Below are positions 56,121 through 64,000 of a stretch of DNA of 64,000 bases, one piece after another (the stretch's first letter is position 1; every line of letters starts with the position of its first letter). The translations under genes and the position numbers were made by a program. The stretch covers positions 62,001 through 126,000 of IMG/VR virus record IMGVR_UViG_3300048924_000191; one strand, given 5' to 3'. The notes beneath the pieces were generated by a model that saw nothing but the letters and a program-made list of their open reading frames with translations, was not told where the DNA came from and did not search any database.

Positions 56121-56885
56121 TCAACCGTTATCAGCGCCATGGGCGATGAAGCGCTTACGGCGCTCACCGGCAACAGCGTGTTTGACCAACAGACGAGACC
56201 AGTTCTCGTACTGTCCTTCGTGGAACTTGGTATCGCGGACAATGTCGCCGATGTGTTCCCAATGCGGTTCGCGTACTTCGGTCGGCGAGTTCGGTACGAA
56301 GATCGCTTTGTCCGACACGGTGACTTCGAACAACACCGCGACGTGAGTCAGACCGACGTCGTCGCTTGGGTCATAGATGAAGCCCACCGACTTGAGATCC
56401 CCCACCGCTGTCTCGGTAATGTCGATGCTGTTACGACCTGTCCCGTCTTGGCTTGGTTCGCCAGGCATTTCGATACGGATCTCCTGAATGAACTCACTCC
56501 AGGCAGCGTTCCAGAGAGACTGCTCCAGAGTCAGCACATGGTTGTCGTACTGAAACGCTTTACTGTCTGGGTGTCCGCCCAGACCGATCGAGAACTGGCC
56601 GTCCAGGCGGGCTTCGCCGTCATCCCGAGCGGGACGTTGGTAGACCATCACTCGATCACCCGATCGGTTGGTAATCTTGATGTACGGGATGAAGTGAAGT
56701 TCAGTAGTTGACTTCTCCAACATGAACCGGGGTTTGATGGAGTAGTGACCGGAACAGATCACTTCATGCAACGCGGCGTAGACGTCTTGGATCGAAACGT
56801 CGCCGACGACTTTGAGTTGTTTGAGCATCGGGATAACCTCTACGCCGATGCAGGCTTCGGATTTCTTAGGGATAGTGCTAGCCAC
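56121..56885 (-). CDS. Nudix-fold phosphoesterase (COG4112-like)
   Basis: FIPY, YQR....GEARL....SIGLGGH, EF.QE, VG.THVAV, ENWS. Confidence 0.8.
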   Translation of the reverse strand: MASTIPKKSEACIGVEVIPMLKQLKVVGDVSIQDVYAALHEVICSGHYSIKPRFMLEKSTTELHFIPYIKITNRSGDRVMVYQRPARDDGEARLDGQFSIGLGGHPDSKAFQYDNHVLTLEQSLWNAAWSEFIQEIRIEMPGEPSQDGTGRNSIDITETAVGDLKSVGFIYDPSDDVGLTHVAVLFEVTVSDKAIFVPNSPTEVREPHWEHIGDIVRDTKFHEGQYENWSRLLVKHAVAGERRKRFIAHGADNG

Positions 56886-56901
56886 GGTACTTTCCTTTTT
56901 G

Positions 56902-57939
56902 TCAGATGCGAAAATCGCGTTCGGCTGAGATGGCGATTGGCTCGCCAGTATATGGAGTGCGTTCTACCCGCAGCTCTTTGATCCAGTCGCGTTGCTTGAT
57001 CGACAGGTTGTTGACCACACTCTCAACGATCTCGCCAAGGAGACGCGCTGGGAACTGATCGAACGAGGTCTTGCTCAGACCCACCATGTCTTCGGTCTCG
57101 TGATCGGAAGTGACGAACTCCACCCGCTCGTCTTGATATACGACGCCGATGCGGAACTGCTCATCGCCACTCACCACTTCGACCTCGACTCCCCGAACGT
57201 AGATGACCGAGTTGGTCTTCACTTCTGGAGTCGGTCGCTTCTTCATGCTGTTGATCGCGGTCATCAGGTGCGGCATCATCTGCGCGAAGACCTGCTCGCG
57301 ACTGACGTTGGCGTCGATCCGGACGAGCGCATCTTGTTCGCCAATACACAACAGGTTGCGGTTGTTGTACTGACCCCATGGACTTGCGATATCGCGATAA
57401 GCCCGGCAGATCGCTTGTTTGTACTCGGCAGGCTTATCGTCGTAGTAGTCCGCTGGCCGACCCGACTTCTCGCGTTCCAGACGCAGACGCTCTTCTGCGA
57501 CTTCATAGTCGACATCGAAAATGAACGTCAGGTCAATGTTGAAACAGTCTTTGCGAACCGCAGCGTCGATGTTGTGGAAGTCAAGCCAATCCACACCACC
57601 GACTACATGTTGATAAACGAACGACGAGTAGTGGTACCGATCGGACACCACCACCGCACCGCGAGTCAAGGCGGGGATGATGACTTCACGGATCAGTTGT
57701 GCTCGTGCGGCGTAGTTCAGCAACAGTTCGGTGATTGGGTGTTTGGTTTCACCTGTTTCGACCGGTTGTTTGTTGAGTTCGCGGATCTTCTCGGCGAACA
57801 TCGTACCACCTGGTTCACGGACTTCCACTACTTCCAGACCGTGGTCACGGAAGAGCTTTACCACATTACCGCGCTGTCCGGTTTTACCGGACATGTCCGG
57901 ACCATCGAGTACAACGAGCATACCTGGGTATTGTTTCAT
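56902..57939 (-). CDS. tmk: Thymidylate kinase with C-terminal extension
   Basis: DGPDMSGKT, REPGGT, AARAQ, SDRY..SS..YQ. Confidence 0.9.
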   Translation of the reverse strand: MKQYPGMLVVLDGPDMSGKTGQRGNVVKLFRDHGLEVVEVREPGGTMFAEKIRELNKQPVETGETKHPITELLLNYAARAQLIREVIIPALTRGAVVVSDRYHYSSFVYQHVVGGVDWLDFHNIDAAVRKDCFNIDLTFIFDVDYEVAEERLRLEREKSGRPADYYDDKPAEYKQAICRAYRDIASPWGQYNNRNLLCIGEQDALVRIDANVSREQVFAQMMPHLMTAINSMKKRPTPEVKTNSVIYVRGVEVEVVSGDEQFRIGVVYQDERVEFVTSDHETEDMVGLSKTSFDQFPARLLGEIVESVVNNLSIKQRDWIKELRVERTPYTGEPIAISAERDFRI

Positions 57940-57986
57940 GAGGACATCTCCTGGTTATCCAGAAGATTCCTCATGTCGGTAAGTGT

Positions 57987-58367
57987 TTACTTGACGATGA
58001 ACGGCATCAAGTCATTGAACTTGACGGCAGTATCGCCATTGGCCAGATTGGCGTGGAACCCACCCTTTCCATTACCGAGGATGGAGAGGATCTTGTCGGC
58101 CTTGCCTTTCTTTGGTCCGGAACGATACGCGACCATCATCCCTTCGATTGGGGTCCATGGATCGCAAGGCGCAACGACGGTTTCGTCATGTGGTTCGTCT
58201 TCTGGGGTATTCAGGGATACTTCCAGACGAGCGATGATTTCGGAGTTCATACTCCGGTGGTGGGTGCGGGCAGCTTCGGCGATACGTTCGCGCATGCCGT
58301 CAGGAAGCCTGACGACAAACTTGTCTGCAGTACGGGAAGAATAAATAGCTTGTTTGAGAGGACGCAT
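57987..58367 (-). CDS. amrZ: AmrZ-like Arc/ribbon-helix-helix protein with replaced C-terminal domain
   Basis: [49 protein letters not shown] matches the Pseudomonas AmrZ N-domain. Confidence 0.85.
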   Translation of the reverse strand: MRPLKQAIYSSRTADKFVVRLPDGMRERIAEAARTHHRSMNSEIIARLEVSLNTPEDEPHDETVVAPCDPWTPIEGMMVAYRSGPKKGKADKILSILGNGKGGFHANLANGDTAVKFNDLMPFIVK

Positions 58368-58401
58368 TCTAAAACTCCATTGGATTGTGGTTACACAGGG
58401 C

Positions 58402-58430
58402 AGTAATGTAGTATCAAAAGAATCTTTGAC
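58402..58430 (-). promoter_or_regulatory. Putative early promoter
   Basis: TTTTGATACTACATTAC. Confidence 0.6.
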
Positions 58431-58432
58431 AG

Positions 58433-58464
58433 CATACAGCCGGGGCGTTTGCCCCGGCTGTATG
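58433..58464. terminator. CATACAG...CTGTATG hairpin terminator
   Basis: Stem identical to 298-330, loop differs. Confidence 0.85.
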
Positions 58465-58470
58465 TCGTGA

Positions 58471-59478
58471 TCACTTGAGGGACTTGAACAGAATCTCGGC
58501 CAACCCCTTCTCCATGTCAGCGAGGATACGGTTCTCGCCGATCTCCATGCCGTGGAACTCACCTGCGACTGGGAAGAGATTCAGCAGATGTGCAATGTCT
58601 TCGTCATCGTCAGGGAACCTCGAGATCCACCAGCGGTAATCGTCGGTATCGTCAAGGTACCATTCACGGTCGCCGATGTCGAAGCATTGATCCAACAGCC
58701 CCGACAGCTTGAGCATCAGCTCACAACACTTCTTGGCTTCCGGCAGGGTGAGTGCCTGGATATAAGAATCCATGCCGCCGTAAAGGGGCTTACGCCTCTC
58801 CAGAACCTTCGAGTGAGGAAGCGTACCGATCTTCCCACAGACCAGCGTGAGGTTGGTGAACTTCACGGCACTGTGGTCGATCTTCAACGCGTAATCAGCG
58901 TACACGCCCTCGGCCAATGGCTTGGCATGACGGTAGGCTTCTTTAGGACTAGGTAACCGTTTAGCTTCTTCGTAGATCTTCTCAAGAGCCTGGGTCATGT
59001 TGGCACGTAGCTTGAGGTAGTTGATCAACCACCGACCGAACGCGCCAAAGTTCTCTTCAACGCTAGACAACCACCGATGGTTCGGCCAGTGCCAGAGATG
59101 CATCAGCGTTGCCGAGTTACCGAGGATGATGGTCTTCTTCTTGAGCATCTCTTCGGTGATCTTGGAAGAGTCGTGCTTGAGTTCAGAAATCATCTTCTCA
59201 GCAGCGGCTTTCTCTTCAGGCGTGGGGAAGCCGAGGATGCGTTTGAGGACATCACCAAAAGATTCGAAGGACTCTTCAGGGTCATTACCCTTGTCGTCTT
59301 TCTTCTCAGCACGGTCAGGAAGCTTCTCCCACCATTCGGGATCTTCCTTACGCTTCTTCTTGTCCTCGTCGTACCACTCCTTCGCTACCTGCTGAGAGAT
59401 ATTGCGAGATTTGGCGAACTCGGCGTCATGCGCGGCCATCCGCATGAAGCGAGCTTGGGACTTACTATTACTCGGCAT
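58471..59478 (-). CDS. Putative virion head protein with charged propeptide
   Basis: Charged N-terminus then EESFES (S-x-E site); mature part resembles helicase C-terminal domain; TATG upstream. Confidence 0.6.
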   Translation of the reverse strand: MPSNSKSQARFMRMAAHDAEFAKSRNISQQVAKEWYDEDKKKRKEDPEWWEKLPDRAEKKDDKGNDPEESFESFGDVLKRILGFPTPEEKAAAEKMISELKHDSSKITEEMLKKKTIILGNSATLMHLWHWPNHRWLSSVEENFGAFGRWLINYLKLRANMTQALEKIYEEAKRLPSPKEAYRHAKPLAEGVYADYALKIDHSAVKFTNLTLVCGKIGTLPHSKVLERRKPLYGGMDSYIQALTLPEAKKCCELMLKLSGLLDQCFDIGDREWYLDDTDDYRWWISRFPDDDEDIAHLLNLFPVAGEFHGMEIGENRILADMEKGLAEILFKSLK

Positions 59479-59543
59479 TTTCGCTCCCCAGAACAAAAAA
59501 AAAGAAGGAATGTGCGGGGTGTCGAGCACCCCGCTTCATATCC

Positions 59544-59882
59544 TTACCCGCAGACCTTGATCAGGTTCAGCTTACGGAAGACCACCACGATTGCCAAGCA
59601 TGCAGCCTGGTTAACCGTGATGTAGTAGAACGAGAACGAGAGGCCGAAGAAGTAGGTAACTCCCAGCACTATCAGCAGGATCGGAAAGCTGATCAGCAGG
59701 TAGGACTTGGGAGTGGTGGTGAAGCCGGTGAGTCCGGCCGCTACCGAATAGACCAACGCAGTCGGTCGGAACATACAGTACGTCGGGTCCTTATACGCCT
59801 TGAGATTGGCGTAGATCGTGAAGCCCGCAGTACCGAGCAACAGGACCAGGATGAACAGATCGATTGCGAGGGTGATGCTCAT
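59544..59882 (-). CDS. Multi-TM membrane protein
   Basis: Hydrophobic throughout; CCTAGGAGGACA RBS. Confidence 0.75.
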   Translation of the reverse strand: MSITLAIDLFILVLLLGTAGFTIYANLKAYKDPTYCMFRPTALVYSVAAGLTGFTTTPKSYLLISFPILLIVLGVTYFFGLSFSFYYITVNQAACLAIVVVFRKLNLIKVCG

Positions 59883-59921
59883 GGTGTCCTCCTAGGACAT
59901 TGGGTTGTGTTGCCTTGGTGA

Positions 59922-60026
59922 TTAAGCCGGCCGTTTAGCCAGCTCAGTATTGATCGCCTGGATGACGTAGTGTGCAGCTACTACGGAGACGGTCAAAATT
60001 GCTACGCTGCGGATGATACCGAACAT
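59922..60026 (-). CDS. 34-aa membrane peptide (not in ORF track)
   Basis: MFGIIRSVAILTVSVVAAHYVIQAINTELAKRPA; GGAG RBS. Confidence 0.55.
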   Translation of the reverse strand: MFGIIRSVAILTVSVVAAHYVIQAINTELAKRPA

Positions 60027-60099
60027 GGTTTTTAACTCCATAAAGTGGCGCCCACTCCCATTGGGAATGTATTACGATAGGTTTTTTAACTTCGATTTA

Positions 60100-60228
60100 T
60101 TACTTACCGCATACTTCGACGCACCAGCCTTTGCGGGCCAGTTGATAGTCGGCGGCTTCGTCGAACAGACCGCAGCCGAGAAGAACAGCCAACGACATAC
60201 CGCACAGAACGAGCTTGAAAGGTTTCAT
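60100..60228 (-). CDS. 42-aa putative lipopeptide (not in ORF track)
   Basis: MKPFKLVLCGMSLAVLLGC...; GAGGA RBS. Confidence 0.5.
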   Translation of the reverse strand: MKPFKLVLCGMSLAVLLGCGLFDEAADYQLARKGWCVEVCGK

Positions 60229-60596
60229 GGGTGATCCTCAGGAATGATGGTCATTTGCGCTGTGCCTCTGTGTGGGTCGAGGCCGTGGTAGAGCGCAATG
60301 AAGCGGCAACGTTTGTCCCGCTTGTTGTATTCGATCAGCGCATGTAGGCGATCCCCCAGCGCTACCTGCACATCACCGCCGATGGAGTGGCGGTCGAGGT
60401 AAACTTTCCCGTTGACCAAAGCGAACGGGTTGATCGTGAAATACGGAATATCGTAGAGCATCACGACGTGCTCAGTTCCGTTGGTGGATACGAACGTCGC
60501 AAACGCATTCGCTACGCCGTCTTCGCCGGTGTGGGTATCGTGGTACCGGCCGCCGCTGGAGATCAATGCCTGAACCAGCTGCTGAACTTTGTTCAT
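60225..60596 (-). CDS. Hypothetical protein
   Basis: GAGGA RBS before MNKVQ. Confidence 0.65.
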   Translation of the reverse strand: MNKVQQLVQALISSGGRYHDTHTGEDGVANAFATFVSTNGTEHVVMLYDIPYFTINPFALVNGKVYLDRHSIGGDVQVALGDRLHALIEYNKRDKRCRFIALYHGLDPHRGTAQMTIIPEDHP

Positions 60597-60653
60597 GTTG
60601 TCAATCCTCAAGAGGGGGAAAGTCGGATAGCCGCAACTATCCGACCGCGGCGG

Positions 60654-60965
60654 TTAGAAAGCTACTTCTTTAACGTGGTCTTGATACATGAAGAACACGG
60701 GCATAGCCAGAACCACGATTACGATCGAGCTCCACAGGCACCAGGTCATACCCAGCAGCCAAGTGATGACGATGGAGAAGACCCACAGACCGATCCACAC
60801 CTTCTTGGAGAAGGCGGGATGGGACCACAGGACCTGACCTGCCAGAGTGGCGAAGAACTCTTTGCTGGTCCAGCCGTCACGTCCAGCGCAGAACGAGGTA
60901 GAGTAGATGATGAACATCAGGCCGATCATGCCGACGATGTAGGATACGATATCGAAAGTTGCCAT
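60654..60965 (-). CDS. Multi-TM membrane protein
   Basis: Three hydrophobic segments; CCTAGGAGGACA RBS. Confidence 0.75.
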   Translation of the reverse strand: MATFDIVSYIVGMIGLMFIIYSTSFCAGRDGWTSKEFFATLAGQVLWSHPAFSKKVWIGLWVFSIVITWLLGMTWCLWSSIVIVVLAMPVFFMYQDHVKEVAF

Positions 60966-61026
60966 GGTGTTGTCCTCCTAGGACTATGATTGATCCGGAA
61001 TGGATCATGGTTGTGTTGATTCATGA

Positions 61027-61055
61027 CGACTATGTATCATCGTAAAAAGTTTAAC
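61027..61055 (-). promoter_or_regulatory. Putative strong early promoter
   Basis: AAACTTTTTACGATGATACATAGTCG. Confidence 0.7.
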
Positions 61056-61061
61056 TTCAGT

Positions 61062-61097
61062 CATACACACCTACCTGCTTACGCAGGTAGGTGTGTA
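61062..61097 (-). terminator. Hairpin terminator plus TATG
   Basis: TACACACCTACCTGC/GCAGGTAGGTGTGTA. Confidence 0.85.
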
Positions 61098-61102
61098 CAG
61101 TA

Positions 61103-61558
61103 TCAGTCCTTGGTAAATACGTAGACGGAGAGACCGCAGCCTTTTGGGAATACTTCCTCAAAGATAGGCTTGACTTCGGACTCCCAATCCAGTTGTCCTG
61201 TTTGCTTACCACACCCGACGCGCGGCATGCAGACCAACTCGATGTTCTTACTTTCCATGTACTCCTTCAAGCGATTAGCAGACTGACGGATGAGTTCAAC
61301 GTCAGATGGATTGGCCCAGTGGTACTTCGTCGGGAACATGGCCAGTAACCCATCTTTGGTTTCACACACGGTCATTTCAGCAGCGGTCATGTTTCCCCGT
61401 CTGCAGATTTTCCGATAGTGATTGAACGCGTCTGGATAACGCATCCTCATCCAACACGCCAACCCCTTCCCTGCAACACCGACCGTATTGACCGGTACCA
61501 CGAGGAGAGGTTTATTCTTCAGCGTCCCTAGCAAGTTCCCCTGCAGTTCTACTAACAT
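61103..61558 (-). CDS. Macrodomain, DarG/TARG1-like
   Basis: GNLL, PVNTVGVAGKGLA, FPTK.HW..PS, MPRVGCG..G.LDW..V. Confidence 0.85.
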   Translation of the reverse strand: MLVELQGNLLGTLKNKPLLVVPVNTVGVAGKGLACWMRMRYPDAFNHYRKICRRGNMTAAEMTVCETKDGLLAMFPTKYHWANPSDVELIRQSANRLKEYMESKNIELVCMPRVGCGKQTGQLDWESEVKPIFEEVFPKGCGLSVYVFTKD

Positions 61559-63317
61559 CGGCGGTGTCCTGTAAAAGTCGTCCCATTCTGACCAGCAACT
61601 CACTACCACGCTCTACCTTACAAAAATCAATGAATCGACGAGCATTCGTGCTACTCATGTAATCCTCAAGGATCGCCTGACCGCCTGTAGAGACTGCGAT
61701 CTCCTGGAGTCGACAGATATCCATCTCTTCCATCAAAAGGTTCGCATCTCGCAGCGTAAGGCCTGGTAGACCCATGTTACCCAAGTGCGCGGCAGGTAGG
61801 TAATGAAGTGCTTCCTGGATCTGTCTGATCCATTTCTCCGAACTGGCTTTGGCGAGCTTATAGTTGTCGAACACCTCGGCCTTAAGTTCATACAGATCGG
61901 GAATGGCTTTGAGATGTCCATCCCGGATCAGGGCCGGAATCACCACTTTGGGAATAGCGATACCCATACCCGTGTTGCTCAGGTACTGATAGAACCGTTC
62001 CGCAATCTGTCCTGGACATTCGAACGTATTGCAGCAACGTAGAGTCGGTCCTCGGCTGCTGTCGTAAAGAAGGAAGCTATTGCATGCCGGACAGTGTTCA
62101 GGAATCTCTACCGGACTAGCGTCCACGGCGCGGGGTTCATCTACACGTTTGCTGAACACGAAGTCGACACTACCGTGATGACGACGAACCAAGATCTTGT
62201 CGCCAATCCAGATCTTGGTTGCCTGTAGAAGACCCACACCACCCAACACCAGATCGTCTCTCTCCTTACCCATTACGGTAATCGGTTCGACCTCGACCCG
62301 TGTATTGATAGCTCCATCGATGGCAACTTCGAACTTGATGTCGGTGACTGTCGTGCAGTTCCTGTTCCCGTATCTCCAGACAACACCCCATCCTGCACCG
62401 AACCGAAAGTTTCTGCCGATCGGTCCCGGCTGATGAGATTGTCGATCCAACATGTCGTCGAGTTTAAGAAGAACGCCATCAACGGTGTACGGCTCCGTAT
62501 CGATAACCTTCTCAAACTTTTCGATCTTCGCTGCGACCTCGACGTAGTCAACGGAAGGTGTGGGTTTGTTTACGCCGATGTGGAGGTAGTGGGCTCGACG
62601 CAAGCGGTCAGTTGCCGTGAGATCGTTGGCAAACAGATTGGACTGTGGGCGATCGATCATCGGGACATCTTCAAGAATGAAGTCCAGCCGGTCTTCGCAA
62701 CCCTCTAACGTCCGATCGAAGATCGCTGACGACATGGAGAACGGGTTCTTAAATACCCGGACCATGGTACCGTTAGTTAACTGCTCGTTGACTGCACGGA
62801 ACTCCGAGATCGGCATGGTCACCGTGCCGTGGAACGTCCTGATGGCATCAAAGACCGGAATCTTCAACGGCACACCACGCACCTGACTGACGATATCGTA
62901 AACATCGCTACCGGTCATGCCGTTACCACGAGCACCCACCCAAACCAGATTGCCGTGGGCGTAGACCAGCTCTACTTCATGACCTACGTAACGAGGTTCA
63001 ACCCGGTACGTACTTCGACCCGTATGCGTCAGGTAACGGTCCAACTCCTCCACTTCGTCTGCTTGCCGGAAATCCCAGATGCGCGCGACGTGAGGTAGAG
63101 TTGGTTGATTGGTGTAAAGATTGGTGAGTGGTCGATCCTCACCCATCGCATCGGCTATAGTCCACTCAGGATGGCGGTTCTCGAGCGCTTGGAGACAGTT
63201 CAGTAACTGTTCGTAAACACCCTCGGAGATTGTATTCAATCCGACCTCTCGCAACTTACGGTGGTCGATCACCGTGCTAGCAAGTAGGTTGTAGGTTTTC
63301 AGCAATGAGTTTTCCAT
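61512..63317 (-). CDS. NAD+-dependent DNA ligase homologue, catalytic Lys absent
   Basis: LE..HPEW, EPRYVG (for EPKxDG), RGNG..G.DV, DGVLLK, OB fold, CPAC..C..C zinc finger, DLY.L HhH; no BRCT. Confidence 0.85.
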   Translation of the reverse strand: MENSLLKTYNLLASTVIDHRKLREVGLNTISEGVYEQLLNCLQALENRHPEWTIADAMGEDRPLTNLYTNQPTLPHVARIWDFRQADEVEELDRYLTHTGRSTYRVEPRYVGHEVELVYAHGNLVWVGARGNGMTGSDVYDIVSQVRGVPLKIPVFDAIRTFHGTVTMPISEFRAVNEQLTNGTMVRVFKNPFSMSSAIFDRTLEGCEDRLDFILEDVPMIDRPQSNLFANDLTATDRLRRAHYLHIGVNKPTPSVDYVEVAAKIEKFEKVIDTEPYTVDGVLLKLDDMLDRQSHQPGPIGRNFRFGAGWGVVWRYGNRNCTTVTDIKFEVAIDGAINTRVEVEPITVMGKERDDLVLGGVGLLQATKIWIGDKILVRRHHGSVDFVFSKRVDEPRAVDASPVEIPEHCPACNSFLLYDSSRGPTLRCCNTFECPGQIAERFYQYLSNTGMGIAIPKVVIPALIRDGHLKAIPDLYELKAEVFDNYKLAKASSEKWIRQIQEALHYLPAAHLGNMGLPGLTLRDANLLMEEMDICRLQEIAVSTGGQAILEDYMSSTNARRFIDFCKVERGSELLVRMGRLLQDTADVSRTAGELARDAEE

Positions 63318-63912
63318 CACGAAGGCACTTCTCTCGGTGTTGTGCGTGGACGACGTTGCAGAAGAACTCCAGTCGCGCTTCCAGATCAGGTTCAATTAGG
63401 TTGAATACCGGGATATCCCTTTCGAGGGCTATCTTGACAGCCGTAGCTGTTCCACCAGTCACCTGCGGGCCGTTGCTTTTATACGGAGCCCAAGTCAGAA
63501 CGAAATCAACGGGGGAGTTCAGATCATCGCCAAGCACCTGATACGGGTTTCTGGAGTGGTGTGCGACACTACCACGTCCAGCGTTATGCCATCCACCTCT
63601 GGCTTTCTCACCGAGGGCGGCAGCTTCTTTGTAATTCTCAAAATGGTCCTGAGGGCAGTAGAAGCCATTCTCAGGATCGTGACGCAGTCCAGACATTCCT
63701 TCCCAGGAAATGTAGATACGGTTCTTGGACTTGTCGGAGTTCTTGTGAGAGTACGCTCCACGCAGCCCTGCGTAGTCCATTCCTTTCGGACAGCCGCCAC
63801 TGTACATCGAGTAGCCGAGCTCTGCCAGAATGTTCGTGAACCTGAACGTGAGTTTGAGGATATGTTGCGGAGTCTCTCTCGATCCAATGCAAGCGTATCG
63901 TTTGGTGATCAT
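63277..63912 (-). CDS. DprA/Smf-like (SLOG) protein
   Basis: IGSRETP, SGG...G.D, RN.YQVLG.DL..PVDF, GGT..AV.IA....IPVFNL. Confidence 0.85.
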   Translation of the reverse strand: MITKRYACIGSRETPQHILKLTFRFTNILAELGYSMYSGGCPKGMDYAGLRGAYSHKNSDKSKNRIYISWEGMSGLRHDPENGFYCPQDHFENYKEAAALGEKARGGWHNAGRGSVAHHSRNPYQVLGDDLNSPVDFVLTWAPYKSNGPQVTGGTATAVKIALERDIPVFNLIEPDLEARLEFFCNVVHAQHREKCLRDGKLIAENLQPTC

Positions 63913-64000
63913 CCCTTCCTCCAACGTGATTCTATGTGACCTAAATGCGGTGGTCAGACGCTATATGACTAATACATTAGGTAAAGATTCACCGCGAACT

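Noticed and set aside
53686-57939. Hypermodified-base pathway (dUMP/dCMP hydroxymethylase plus kinase)
   Set aside because: ThyA motifs together with DHFR, Tmk and Dcd fit ordinary dTTP synthesis; no glycosyltransferase or base-modifying kinase seen.
298-58464. CATACAG...CTGTATG repeats as CRISPR repeats or transposon ends
   Set aside because: Dispersed single hairpins at gene ends; no spacer array, cas gene or transposase.
1-64000. tRNA, tmRNA or rRNA genes
   Set aside because: No cloverleaf with T-loop and acceptor stem recognised by eye; tRNAscan-SE/ARAGORN not run.

Overview
64 kb of a large, gene-dense dsDNA phage genome, read almost entirely on the minus strand. Best reading: a phiKZ-like jumbo phage (Chimalliviridae-like) of Pseudomonas. 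Family evidence: phiKZ-style S/A-x-E head-protease motifs in virion-type proteins, a SNF2 helicase, an insertion-rich ThyA, TACAT(T/A)(A/G)(C/T) early-type and TATG late-type promoter motifs. Host evidence: a near-identical copy of the Pseudomonas AmrZ ribbon-helix-helix domain. The window is mostly accessory/early genes: dTTP synthesis (Dcd, DHFR, ThyA, Tmk, Nudix-like), spanins, two ATP-grasp enzymes, a QueC-like enzyme, several phosphatases/phosphoesterases, a macrodomain, DprA-like and Tad1-like proteins. Most notable: (1) eight consecutive small acidic proteins, seven with an N-terminal R-K-K motif, followed by an AAA+ ATPase; (2) three structured ncRNA candidates, two bounded by a TATG start motif and a terminator; (3) an NAD+-ligase homologue lacking its catalytic lysine; (4) a helicase fused to two further domains through protease-type sites; (5) a hairpin+TATG terminator family. 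All functional calls come from motif recognition by eye; no database search or folding program was run. Several start codons were moved from the supplied ORF track to RBS-supported starts.
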